From Lingula anatina (Eukaryota; Animalia; Brachiopoda), in the NCBI GenBank assembly GCA_051362555.1, contig CM120648.1:5328587-5392586 (forward strand): a DNA stretch of 64,000 nt, given 5' to 3'. The stretch's first letter is position 1. The number at the start of each line of letters is the position of its first letter. A program made the position numbers and the translations under genes. The notes beneath the pieces were generated by a model. It was not told the DNA's origin. It saw nothing but the letters and a program-made list of their open reading frames with translations, and searched no databases. Shown piece by piece: positions 12,401 to 23,200 of this stretch.

Positions 12401-12923
12401 CAAAATTCAAATGTCACTTCAGTAGCCTATTGAACAGGGGTTGACCAACTTATTGCGCCATGTTGCTATGATAAGCCCTGTCCATTGGATAAAATTGTTA
12501 TCATCTGGACTGGATAAAGTTGTGGTTCACAAAGGCTGGATAAACAGCATGATAGGCCTAACTGTCCAGCGGATAGGCCTACATAATTTACCAGAGACAG
12601 TTAACCGTACGATATTTGGAAAATAAATAATAAGGGAGTACTCTGGGATATTTATTTGGAAAATAAATATCCCAGAGTACTCCCTTATTATTGTTGTTTG
12701 TTACGCGCTGTAGGTTCATCCGTTCTTATGCGTATTGCTTCATTATCATTTATTATTTATTTATAACTTCTCGTTGTAAAAAAGCATCCTTTCTTAAAGA
12801 AATCTTATCCAAAGAAACATGTTTTCAGGGCCAAGTTGCTCTAAATATGGAGAATCGGAGGAAGTTCCTCAAAATGCGTTCATAGAGAGGAGAGGGAGCA
12901 TTACCTACCAAGAAGACGAGTAA
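368..12923 (+). CDS. NIT-domain transmembrane guanylyl cyclase, paralog 1 (13 coding exons, ~692 aa)
   Basis: GT-AG exons 368-554, 2759-2907, 3302-3389, 3668-3921, 4112-4562, 6298-6406, 7763-7949, 8446-8551, 8939-9076, 9304-9402, 9695-9786, 11663-11786, 12829-12923 join in frame (2079 nt). Motifs: TM1 ([20 protein letters not shown]), NIT-like LQNERD and [12 protein letters not shown]2 ([13 protein letters not shown]), coiled coil ([14 protein letters not shown]), cyclase [36 protein letters not shown]. The last exon is supported by NAFIER matching NPFIER of paralog 3 but is less certain. Confidence 0.9.
987..1571. mobile_element. MITE, PIF/Harbinger-like, in intron 1 of paralog 1
   Basis: Imperfect terminal inverted repeats agcctcgattacatttg / caattgtaatctaggct, flanked by TTA / TGA. 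The interior is CpG-rich with many cgtac/gtacg motifs and no long ORF. Superfamily assignment is tentative. Confidence 0.7.
1752..1925. mobile_element. Hairpin MITE (CATTCAGAA-terminus family)
   Basis: Self-complementary: cattcagaacag..cagatccgcaga..aatatggc..cccact / agtggg..gccatatt..tctgtggatctg..ctgttccgaatg. The interior is homologous to 4979-5152. Confidence 0.75.
4682..4972. mobile_element. Long foldback MITE (CATTCAGAA-terminus family)
   Basis: Inverted arms of ~115 bp (attcagaatggatg..ctccacacgtgcc / ggcacgtgtggag..catccactctgaat) around a ~55-bp spacer. A related deleted copy lies at 61274-61398. Confidence 0.8.
4979..5152. mobile_element. Hairpin MITE (CATTCAGAA-terminus family), adjacent to the previous copy
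   Basis: TIR ggcctcattcagaata / tattctgaatggggct; internal arms gtccgagggtcaaatatg / catatttgaccctcggac. Confidence 0.75.
5626..5798. repeat. Dispersed repeat with ggttagggttag core, copy 1
   Basis: Homologous to 39501-39633 (ggtgtaacg..acagaaa.tccgcc..taatggt.agggttagcct..cctaagtgggtcaaaat..ggaagcggactc); short inverted ends gtgtaacg / cgttacac. Confidence 0.7.
6425..6467. repeat. (CT)n microsatellite
   Basis: Direct reading. Other SSRs: (AAT)n 4610-4653 and 62706-62760, (TG)n 34908-34947, (CA)n 36787-36816, (TAAA)n 50206-50253, (TA)n 57297-57333, (GA)n 61481-61508 and 62031-62069. Confidence 0.95.
8555..8690. repeat. 39-bp minisatellite, ~3.5 copies, starting 3 nt into an intron of paralog 1
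   Basis: Unit actatcactcggttaacatcgtgtcattccgtagcttgc at 8555, 8594, 8633 and 8672 (partial). Confidence 0.9.
9524..9633. mobile_element. MITE with CCCAGCAAACAC TIRs and TA flanks
   Basis: TA-cccagcaaacac ... gtgtttgctggg-TA with internal aacgtta repeats. A second copy lies at 33092-33200. Confidence 0.8.
12626..12692. repeat. Perfect inverted repeat, 32-bp arms with a 3-nt loop
   Basis: aataataagggagtactctgggatatttattt-gga-aaataaatatcccagagtactcccttattatt. Confidence 0.95.
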
Positions 12924-12947
12924 CATCACATTTCTATCAGGACAATA

Positions 12948-13079
12948 GCGTCACATCATTACCCGGACATAGAGTGGCGTCACATCATTACCTGGACGAA
13001 GAATGGCGTCACATCATGACCCGGATGAAGAATGGCGTCACATCATTACCCGAACATAGAGTGACGTCACATCATTCCC
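12948..13079. repeat. 29-bp minisatellite, ~4.5 copies, just after the stop codon of paralog 1
   Basis: Unit gcgtcacatcattacccggacatagagtg with variants. Confidence 0.88.
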
Positions 13080-14228
13080 GATATGAATTTCTGGTTTGAA
13101 ATTGAGTCTTTTTAATTTGACGGATGATTAATTAATGAGCATAACGTCAGTTTCTGTGTTGTAAAAATTTCTGTGTAGCACAATAGTGATTTAGTAACGA
13201 TTGCCTCTAATACTGTCTGACACAATTCTGGATTGGTGGTGACAAATAGAATCAGCAATGATTTAATTCTGGACAAAGAGATGCGCGCGCGTGAACGCAT
13301 ACTGGAAATGGAACATTGACTTAAAAATGAGGCGGTAATCCAAAATACAGGGATAGGTGTCGTTAATGACCGTCTAATATTCTCCTTGTTTAGTATTAGT
13401 AATTCAAAATGGTAATTTTTTCTGAGGTTTTTAATCGGGTTTTTCTTTTTAAAAGTAAAATTTGTGTCTTGTTTGAATTATTTTAATTCTCACTAAAGAT
13501 GTACATCTTATTCGTGCATGCGTTATATTATAATAGTAATAATTATTATTGTTATTTTTTTTGGACATGAGCCTTTCACCACACTCACTCCCCCGTACAC
13601 ACACACTATCTCCTTATACTCGCTTATATTAGTTAATTAACGGCCATCTACTTCATAAATAATATTATTCATTATTATTATTTCCTGTCCCTTTACCTCT
13701 CCACTTTTCAAATACCCCCTCCCTCCCCAACTCCTCCTCGTAAAACGCCACGCCCATTATTGAAACTGTTTTGGTTTTTTTTTTTTTTCAATTTGAAAAA
13801 TAGCAATATTTTGAGAAGCGGTGTTGTCAGCATGCAGTTTTTCACACCCTAGAAATAACGATTACACTGCCCCCTATTAGCATAAAAGGAAACTGCGCTT
13901 TTGCTGCATTTGCTTGCCTCAAGGACTACTTGCCTGTTCTGGTATTGATCCTTAATGCTAAAATGATCGATATTTGGCAACATGCGTATTGTACCAGTAG
14001 CAGCTGCCATGAGAGAGTCACTAATCGAAACAATTCTTGTGAGGAAATATAGATGGTATTGAATTTTTATAAAATTTGCAATATATTACGTTACGTATTT
14101 TGATTTTTCAAAGATAAGGATATTTGTTGGCGTTTACCCATTATTATGTGACCAGAAAGAACATTAAAGAAAGATAAGCAATTATAAGAAGAATCGGGAT
14201 CCATCCATTTGTGTCACGTGGTCACTCT

Positions 14229-14259
<31 letters not shown>

Positions 14260-16570
14260 GGGGCGTCCTGTCGCCTGCCTGTAGTGCACATCACGTAGGT
14301 CAAACTTGCTTGGATATTTTTATTTGTATCTTACAGAAATATTTACAATTATTATCAAAATAATTATAATACTGATTTATTGAGCACAATCTGAATGTTT
14401 ATGTATACATGCAGTCTCTCTAACTACTAAGCATGCAGTATAGCAAACAATATTATACAAAATATAGTATGTATATTCACGTTTTCAAATATACTGTAAT
14501 AGATAAATCGGGTTTTGCAAGAAACGTGTTTGACACCAATACTGTATTCTAATCTAAATCTAAAACAGTATTTTTTAACTCAAATTGTAGATATATATTG
14601 AAATATGAACAACTGTCAGGCATTTTAAACATTAATATAATCACATTTAACGCACTTTATATATCTGTATACGTAGATAAATGGGCATCATTTCTTGTTT
14701 ACATTTTCTTTGCTAAAAAAAGGAAGACCGTGCAAAATTTGACAATATTAGTCGTGAATAAATATATATGTTACCATTCCATTTCTTTGTTTCTGTCACA
14801 TTGCAGATTCATTGTTTAGTTGGATAGTTTCGTTCGTTACCGGTAAACATGGTTCTGTTTTCGGATAGCGCATGATGTCTTAACAAGGGAAATGTTAGTG
14901 GAAGAAAAATAATTGCCTTTGTTTTGTTTTCTTCAGTAATTAATTTGCACTTGTTGATTTGTATTAGATACGGTTTCTATTATCCTTCTTTGTTGCCATG
15001 CACTGATATCTATTACATTATTCCGGTGTTTCGTGGTTAATTCATTTCTGCTTTTAATTTTTTTCATTTATTCTATTTTGCCTATACCTAATTTGATCAT
15101 TCGAAATTGTAATGATTTTGTCAATCATTCAAATTTAAAATTCACTCGATTTGTTGCCCCACGAACACCTGTATACGGACACAGTGATTGAAATTCAATG
15201 ACTTAGAAGTAATAAAATAAAATAAATGTACATGTAGGCCCTTGTCACTTTGCTTGGTATTTTACCTTTCTTAGGGGGGGGGGGGCTTTCACAAGTTTCA
15301 AACTTAGCTTCAAACTGCTTGGTCCAGACAAAATTAATGGGAAAACTGACCGTTTTAAGACATGATATAGGCACCTCTGTCATTTACCTACAGTATTCTC
15401 CTATATTTATACCTTATCAACCGCTCGAAACTTTCGCCTGGTTTGCGGCCTCTCATTGAATTTTTTGCCCAATTTCAATCCCCTTCAAAGATGGGGCTTT
15501 GGCAACATTCGATAGTCCACATGTATTTATGCAGGAGTGTAAATGAGGATTAAATATTGCTGCTTTTTTCGTCTGTTGCATATTTGTGACAGCGGGCCAA
15601 AACTCTCATTCAAGCAGTCGGAAGCCTGATGACGTAATAGGGACTTAACCCGTGACTGAAATATTATGCATTAGTTGAACCATATTTTCATAATGATTGG
15701 GAATAGGGATACATTAGAGATGCATTAAGCCAATAAAGTGTACATTTATAGAATATATATTATCGGAAATCCGTTACCCCTTGACAACGCAGGTGTGTCG
15801 TGGTTTAACCCTAATAATGTACGGTAATTTCTCGATCTTTTCAATGGAGAAAATTATGAATTTTACAGATAGTGTATTTTATAAATCATAATTTCTTATA
15901 ATTAGAACATTCATATTGTGTAGTAGCAACAAAATTAAAAAGCAGAGTACCCTATAGTTCTGTTCTGTGCAGTAAAAACACCACACTTGCTATACAGAAA
16001 TATAATTTTTGTGATAATAAAATAATGTATCTGAACATTTGATAATTTTTGCCCATTGAAAAGAACGAGTAATTACCGCAGTAAGGTGAAATGATGTTAA
16101 GACTTTGAGTTGATAAGGGATACTGTTGATGGATAAAAGCTACGATTACAGAAGAGCTCAGATTAAAACTTGGTTAAAAATATTAAATGCTTTACAAACT
16201 TGTCGTTACATCTGCCGATTAATCATAAATCCCACGAGAAGCGACCCCCCACCCGTCCTTGTCTCTGTGTTCATCATGTCAAATAAATAAAATAATTGAC
16301 ACCTAACGCCGTCGGTGCTTTATAAATGACTGTTCCATAAAACAACGATGGCTTAGGCCGTTGCAGTAACTTTCATACACTGTATGATACGAGTTCAACA
16401 ATAATGAAATTGTATTTTGGACACAGCGGAATCACCTGCCACGCGATACTGATGCTCTGAACTCTGCGAAAAAATATGTCACAATCTCCAAGTCTGAAAA
16501 TTTAAAGACGTATCGCAAAATTGTTCAATATTCTAAATAAGCTCATTGTGAATGCCATGATATTGACATA

Positions 16571-16737
16571 TAGGAAACAAGGGAAGACTCGTAAGAGATG
16601 GAGGGGTGAGTTAGGAGTGCTGGAAAAAAACTGGAAGTGTGAAGCCCAAGACAGAATACACTGGAAGAAGCATGCTGATGCCTTTGTCCAAAAATGGAAC
16701 ACTTTACTGGTAGGCCCTGAATGATGGTGTTGATGAA
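16571..16737 (+). mobile_element. 3' fragment of an RTE-clade LINE
   Basis: Translates RKQGKTRKRWRGEL..NWKCEAQDRIHWKKHADAFVQKW, matching the RTE ORF C-terminal pattern (R..G....RW..W...AQDR..W), followed by a degenerate (TGA)n tail. Confidence 0.7.
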
Positions 16738-18334
16738 AGCTTATTTATTAAACGATTCGGTGTTTTTGTTCTAATTTTTTTTCGATTGTTCTCAGAATAG
16801 TGGAACGGAAGTAATGGTCATAAAGGTGTCACACTTGATATATAATGCAAGGGACGTCACTGGTATATGGCAGAGCATTTCTGCATTTTAATATAGATAC
16901 TTGGCTGTGGTTTTATTAGGTGATCATATCTTTTTGGGGGAAATGAGGACGTGTAAGGTAACGTCTGTACCCACTGGTCGCAAAGAAAAAGGAGTAGAAC
17001 ACGTCGTTAAACGTGAAGTACAAGTATATAATGTACCTGGTCAGCAAATGCCTCGTTTATTGTGTACACTAATGATCTCACAGGGGGCGTTGTGTATTAT
17101 CATTATTCCTGTTTTTGTCCTACTAATGCATACTGGTCAATATCATTAAGATAATGGCAAAAAGAGCATTTGTATAACTAGGGTCATATCGTGGGATAAT
17201 GAGAAGAATGGACGTAACACGCTCAAACCTAACCCTTGTCACCAAGGGGGGCTTTTTGACGATGTGCGTAATAACCTGCGCAATGAAGAGTTGAGGATTT
17301 TTGTGTTGTAATTACCTTCGTCCGGTTTTGACAATTTATGAGCCTTCTCGATGATGAGAGTTACAATTTAAATGGTCGATTCCAATGTTGCTCACAAGCT
17401 TTCAGACCTATTGTTTTTAATCCGAGAATTAAGTAAATCTGATGGAAAGTTGATCAAAACCTCCTGGGTGTTAAAACGGGATTTTCTAGAAACATGTAAG
17501 TATCTTTTTTTTTAATATTTTCCAACAACTTGTATTGCAATATATACGTTAGAAGGTATCATATTGTTTATTTTTGTCTGATCATTTCAGTATGAGTAAT
17601 TTTTCTTCCAAAGCAATCGCAGTAGGTAATAATATACATTTCCCAAGTTACCTGCCTTAACAAAATGCCTTATTTTTATGTAGAAAGTAGTTTAGTTGTA
17701 AGTGTATACTTTCAGGCTGTTCGTGTCTTTGTCCAACATCGCAGTTATAAGTATGACATTGGTCAGCATATATATCTATTTGAATCACCTATTTTTGTAC
17801 ATTTTATGTGTTATAACAATCTTATTTCTCAATTTCGTCGAATACCTTTTTTAGGAAAGACCGACTCTGGGTTAAAATGACACTTGTTTTCCATAAAAAA
17901 GAACCGCTCAGAATTGTTTTCATTGTCGTATTCAGTCTACTGCAATATTTTTGGTTGTGTACAAGATATTACAGATAATTCTTAACAGTATCAACTGAAT
18001 CCGAGCCTCTCCGTATATTTCAATAATCTCATTGCATATTGCTTTGTTGGAGGTCTGCACTCTTTCAGTAAGGTCTAATTTATTTATTTATAACCTCTAT
18101 CAACATCATCAACATTATTCAAAATAAATTTGTTTTCACTTTGACATTTTGTGATCTTTGTTGGCGATGATAAACAAGCTGACACGTTGCTCGTGCATAA
18201 ATGCCTCTTCAACAAACTAACCTCGCATGGGCGGCCATTTTCAAGGTACCTCCGTAAGTTATTTTACTTTTCGTCTGCCATTTATTCTAGACTATAACAG
18301 TGTACTTTTTTTTCTTAAGAAACCATTCCTCACC

Positions 18335-20224
18335 ATGCCTCAGTTTATGAAGAATAAGGTGGCGTCAGTGGACGGCCGGATCTCCGTGCCTTCCCTGAAG
18401 AGTATGGCGGCCCTCAGCAACTCCCAGGTGTCTCTCAGCCAGTCCACCCTCGACCTCGCCGTCATGGAGATGCTGAACATAACGCCGCAAAATTCAAAGT
18501 TTGATTTTTGCGAAGGCAAGTGTGTGTTGTGTGTCTGGGAGATATTTTTGCGAAGGCAAGTGTGTGTTGTGTGTCTGGGAGATATTTTTGCGAAGGTAAG
18601 TGTGTGTTGTGTGTCTGGGAGATATTTTTGCGAAGGCAAGTGTGTGTTGTGTGTCTGGGAGATATTTTTGCGAAGGCAAGTGGGTGTTGTGTGTCTGGGA
18701 GATATTTTTGCGAAGGCAAGTGTGTGTTGTGAGTTTGGGAGATATGACTGAGTTGAGATTAAAGGGATAGCAACTGTTCACAAGCAACTGTTCCATATCT
18801 TACAATAAATACGTTGTAAACAGCTCATTGAAATATAATAAATTCTATTTTACCACCAAAAACGGTGGTTAACGCAGTTATTCTGGAATTTGTTCTTGCC
18901 ATCACATCATGTGGCCTCCCTAGATGGCTACACTCTGTAACAATCTCTTTAGAGAATATTACAGAAGACCAAACTTTTTTGAAAAAAAAAAAAAAAACAG
19001 AGACCAACTTTGAATGTGGGAATGGATTCCTTAAATTGTCCTTTACCCCAGGAAAAACCATTTTTGGCCAAAATGAACAGTTGTCATCCCTTTAATCACA
19101 AAGGTGTGTTTGGACAATTAGAATTGGATTGGAACATTGGGTAAATATGTAACCTAAATGGGACACTTCTCAAAGCCATTGTGCTTGAATTAAAAAAAGT
19201 TAAAAGATTAAAATACTGACGTAAAGTGATAAAATACAGATAGCTGTTTAAACCTCCGTGCATGCCTGTGTGAGTGTGCAGTACGAATGAGATTGCATGT
19301 AATTATTATTATTATTATTATTAAATTTATTATTATTATATCAGGAAACCCAATTACAAAATCGGGAAAGCGTCGCCAGATGCAGAAAATGATTTTGTTC
19401 ACCATGTTGCCGATCTTTGTCCTCCTCGGTCTCAGCGGCAGTTTGGCGGTACAAAAGGGAATGGAGTACGGCCGAGCCGTGGAACTCCTTTCGGTAAAAT
19501 ATCAGTTTATTTGGAAGAAAAAGTTAAATCTGCGACCCCAAAAGGATAAGCCCGTCGTGAAAATAAAACACAGTTATCCCTGGACCCTTATAAGGTATTA
19601 GGCGTTTACTAACATTACCCGCAGATCTTTTAGCAATAACACCCAAATTAACCACCAAACCCACAAATTAATATCCACTTACATGTACTTAACATCCTCA
19701 TTTTTATTGTTAGATAATCCGACAGAGTATCGAGCAGGGGGAGCTGATAAAGAATCTTCAAGACGAGAGAGACTTAAGCGCCCTCTATGTCAGCTTGCTA
19801 GGGGACGAAAACAAGGACATTCTTGTACAGCAATATCCCATAACAGGTTTACTCATTTATTGCTTCAATAAACTCACAAACAATACATTTTCACATTTTC
19901 GATAAACGTGGGTCATCTGGCTTTGCTAGTCCTCGGATGCGCACATCTTAGATCAATTTTCTGAGAACGTGTCTTCAGTTAATGAAGAGGTATAGATAAG
20001 TTCATAGCCAAAGTATTACTAAAATGAAAGTGAAAATTGCATGTCAATTTTAAGAAAATCAACATATAAAATAATCAATACTAATTCTTAAATTGATGAA
20101 GTCCATAGTAGTTATGACATGAAAAAGTAGACATTTTTCAAATTACAAAGTTATGCAAGAATCTGCCTCAGAAAATGTTTAAGAATGCCTGTAGCTGTAC
20201 CCCCTTCATTTTCATCACAATCGG

Positions 20225-20260
<36 letters not shown>

Positions 20261-23200
20261 TTTGAATGTTAAATCATTTCCAGACACTACACTCGTGGGG
20301 TTGAAATTCTGGCCAGAACTGGACACTCCATCTTCCGTTTACCAAACAAGGATGAAGTTTTTGAACCATCTGAACAGGCACCGTTACCAGCTGGACTCGC
20401 TGTACCCCGTGTACCACGCCAATGCCAACGTCCACGAGGAGATTTCTTTCTACTCAGACATCATTACCCTGCTTATCCGCTGGCTTTATCAGATGGCCAC
20501 AGAGGTGAGTTCTTAGACGTGTCAGACCTTTAAGGATTAAATGACGTGCAAAGGTTATTTTTAATTGGGGTTTATTTTACTGCAATAATAACCAGCAAAT
20601 TAGTACTTTAATCCAAATCCAATTACCATACAACTGAAGAGCATTGTATATAGGTCTCTTTCAGGTAGATGATCCAATTGACCCTTAATAGTTGATTAAT
20701 CTCTCCGTGTCCATTTGAGTGACTTGATATAGGCACAATCAAAATGTTATATGTATGTTATCAGGATAATACTTCCTAAAGTGGTACTTTCAAAACAAAA
20801 TTAATTTCGAATGGTTTCAGGTGGGGTCGGGGGAAGTCTGGAAACGGCTGGTGGCATCCATTGAGCTCACCACGGCCAAGCAGCACCTGGGTATTGAGCG
20901 GTCCTTGGGTGGGCTCTTCTTCGCTCAGGGAGGGTTTGAGAATCCCGAGGAATACATATTGTATATCAAGCATCAAGATATTGCAAACTCGTCCATCTAC
21001 TCTGCAATGAGGTACTTTTATATGGTAGAAGAAATGTTTGACGAGTCCCTGATGTTCAACAACTCGGTATTTGCGAACATTCAGAGCATGCGGTACATAA
21101 TCACAGAGAAAGCGTTTATTCCCCGAGAGCCGGATATTGATATGGGCCATTGGTGGATTGGCAACATGAGCGTCGAGATTAACACCATAGCCCAGATCCA
21201 GCGGACCTTGGCCATGGGGATGTTGGACAGCCTTACTGAGAGGCAACATAAGGACGGAGTGAGCTTGGTCGGAGAGTTGTCAGTAGTTTCATTCGTCCTG
21301 TTACTCTTTCCCATCATTATCAACTCGGTGTATGCCCTGACAAGCCAGATGCAGAGCTATTCAATCACCCTGGCAGCCAGGTAAAGTAGTCATTATCAGG
21401 ATAACAAATGAGCAGTATTATTGGATTGGAATTAATTTTCGACCGGTATTCGTGACATTTAGGTTAAAGAAAAAGTTATGTGATTAAATGTACTCAGAAA
21501 TGAAGACGGTATTTGTCTCTTACTTAAATGACTATACGTTACAGCGTCAAGAATGTTTACTTTGACGTCTGAACTTGCGTGTACTAATGACGGTAAATGT
21601 TCTCATTAAATTCATTACTGTCACATTGATAAGAACCGTCTTGGAAACAGGCTCTCGTTAATTTTAGTGAAGCTGATTAATACATGTGAGCGATACTATT
21701 TAAGGCTCTAGTTAATTTTAATGAAGCTGATTAATGTCAGCACATGTAAGTGATATTATTTAAGGGAGGTGCATAACTGAGTGACATGTAGATAATACAA
21801 GCAAAAGCTCCTTTTAAGTCTTCGCTTTTTATGTTTTATTTTACAAAAAAAAAAATTCTATTCGTCGCTGTTTGGTCCTTGAACTGCAATATTTACTTCG
21901 TGGTTACGTACCATGAGACACAAACAGATAATAATCAAGACAGACCCCTAAAAATGTTTTCAAGAAAAGTATTTTTAAATATTCAACTGTTTACTTTCCG
22001 CTTTTGAAAATGTTCCAAACTCACATTTTCTTTGTTTACATATCCTGCAAAATTAAGTTACTTATTTTTCCCAATTTAAACCTAAAACAGATAAAACCCT
22101 TCAAACATAAGTGCCTGATGGCGAAATTTCCTTCTGAAATGTACAGGAAGAAATGGCGGTCTAAATGACTGCCCAGTCATCTGGAACTAAGGAATTAAGA
22201 AATGGTATAAATATTAATTTAAGTGCAGGTACGAGTCAAAGATTGAGTACTGAGTAGGTGGGAATTTCTTTTTTTTCCTTTTCATTTGGGAAAATTCGAT
22301 TTGGCGGGAAAGTCCATGAATTTTTGCATATCTATGTTTTAGGACAAAGGCCTTGAACAAAGAGAAAAGAAGAGCAGAAATGCTCCTCTACCGTATGTTG
22401 CCGAAGTCAGTCGCCGAACAGTTACGAAAACATGAAGAAGTCTCCGCCGAAGTTTTCAAGGAAGTCACCGTGTTTTTCTCCGATATTGTGGGATTCACAG
22501 ACATATCTTCAAGGAGTTCACCAATTCAAGTAAGTAGGAAGAAACAGAGAAAAGTTCCTTCTCAATCGGATTATATGCACTGAACAAATGTCTTAACGAA
22601 TTTTACACATGCTATTCACCTTGAACCTGGGTATTCCTAAGGTATATCAAAAGATCAATATCTATAGTTATTATACTTAAACAAGGGGGCACAGGACAGA
22701 GTGATATACATGAGAGTTCTACAATTTTCCTTGATTTCCACATTTTTTCATATCGATTTATACCTTTTCAGGTGGTGAACATGCTGAACACGCTGTATCT
22801 GTGTTTTGACGCTCGTATAGGACAATACGACGTGTACAAAGTGGAAACTATCGGAGATGCCTACATGGTGGCCTCAGGTAATGTGGCACTAGGGGGATTC
22901 CGTAATTTCATTCTCGATTACGGGGTTAAATTGCTCTCTATCAGGGTCACAGAGACAATTGTTTTTTACAGTTAATAATACTCTGGCCTCTGGCAAGAGT
23001 AGGGCTATGATAACTATTGCTGAACGGCTAACGTCAGGGAAAAGAAAATATCGCTATATCTTTTAGAACACAGTACAATTATATATAAATCTTAATTGTT
23101 GTATAAAGTAAACCACAGAGTAATGACAAGACGCCATTCCTTTATGAAGTGGAAAATGATAAATGCAATACAGTATCAGCTAGGTTTTATGTGGTTGGAA

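Noticed and set aside
14243-14263. Long poly-G runs (also ~31823, 51169, 52714, 53562) as G-quadruplex elements
   Set aside because: Simple homopolymers, often parts of short repeats and prone to sequencing length error; no positional pattern.
18227-18796. Several Cys-rich or repetitive ORFs on both strands
   Set aside because: They are translations of the 40-bp minisatellite, not independent genes. The repeat has no unique spacers, so it is not a CRISPR array either.
20776-21323. Long antisense ORFs over exon 5 of paralog 2, and likewise at 34406-34728
   Set aside because: Shadow ORFs of GC-richer coding exons; their mutual similarity follows from the sense-strand paralogy.
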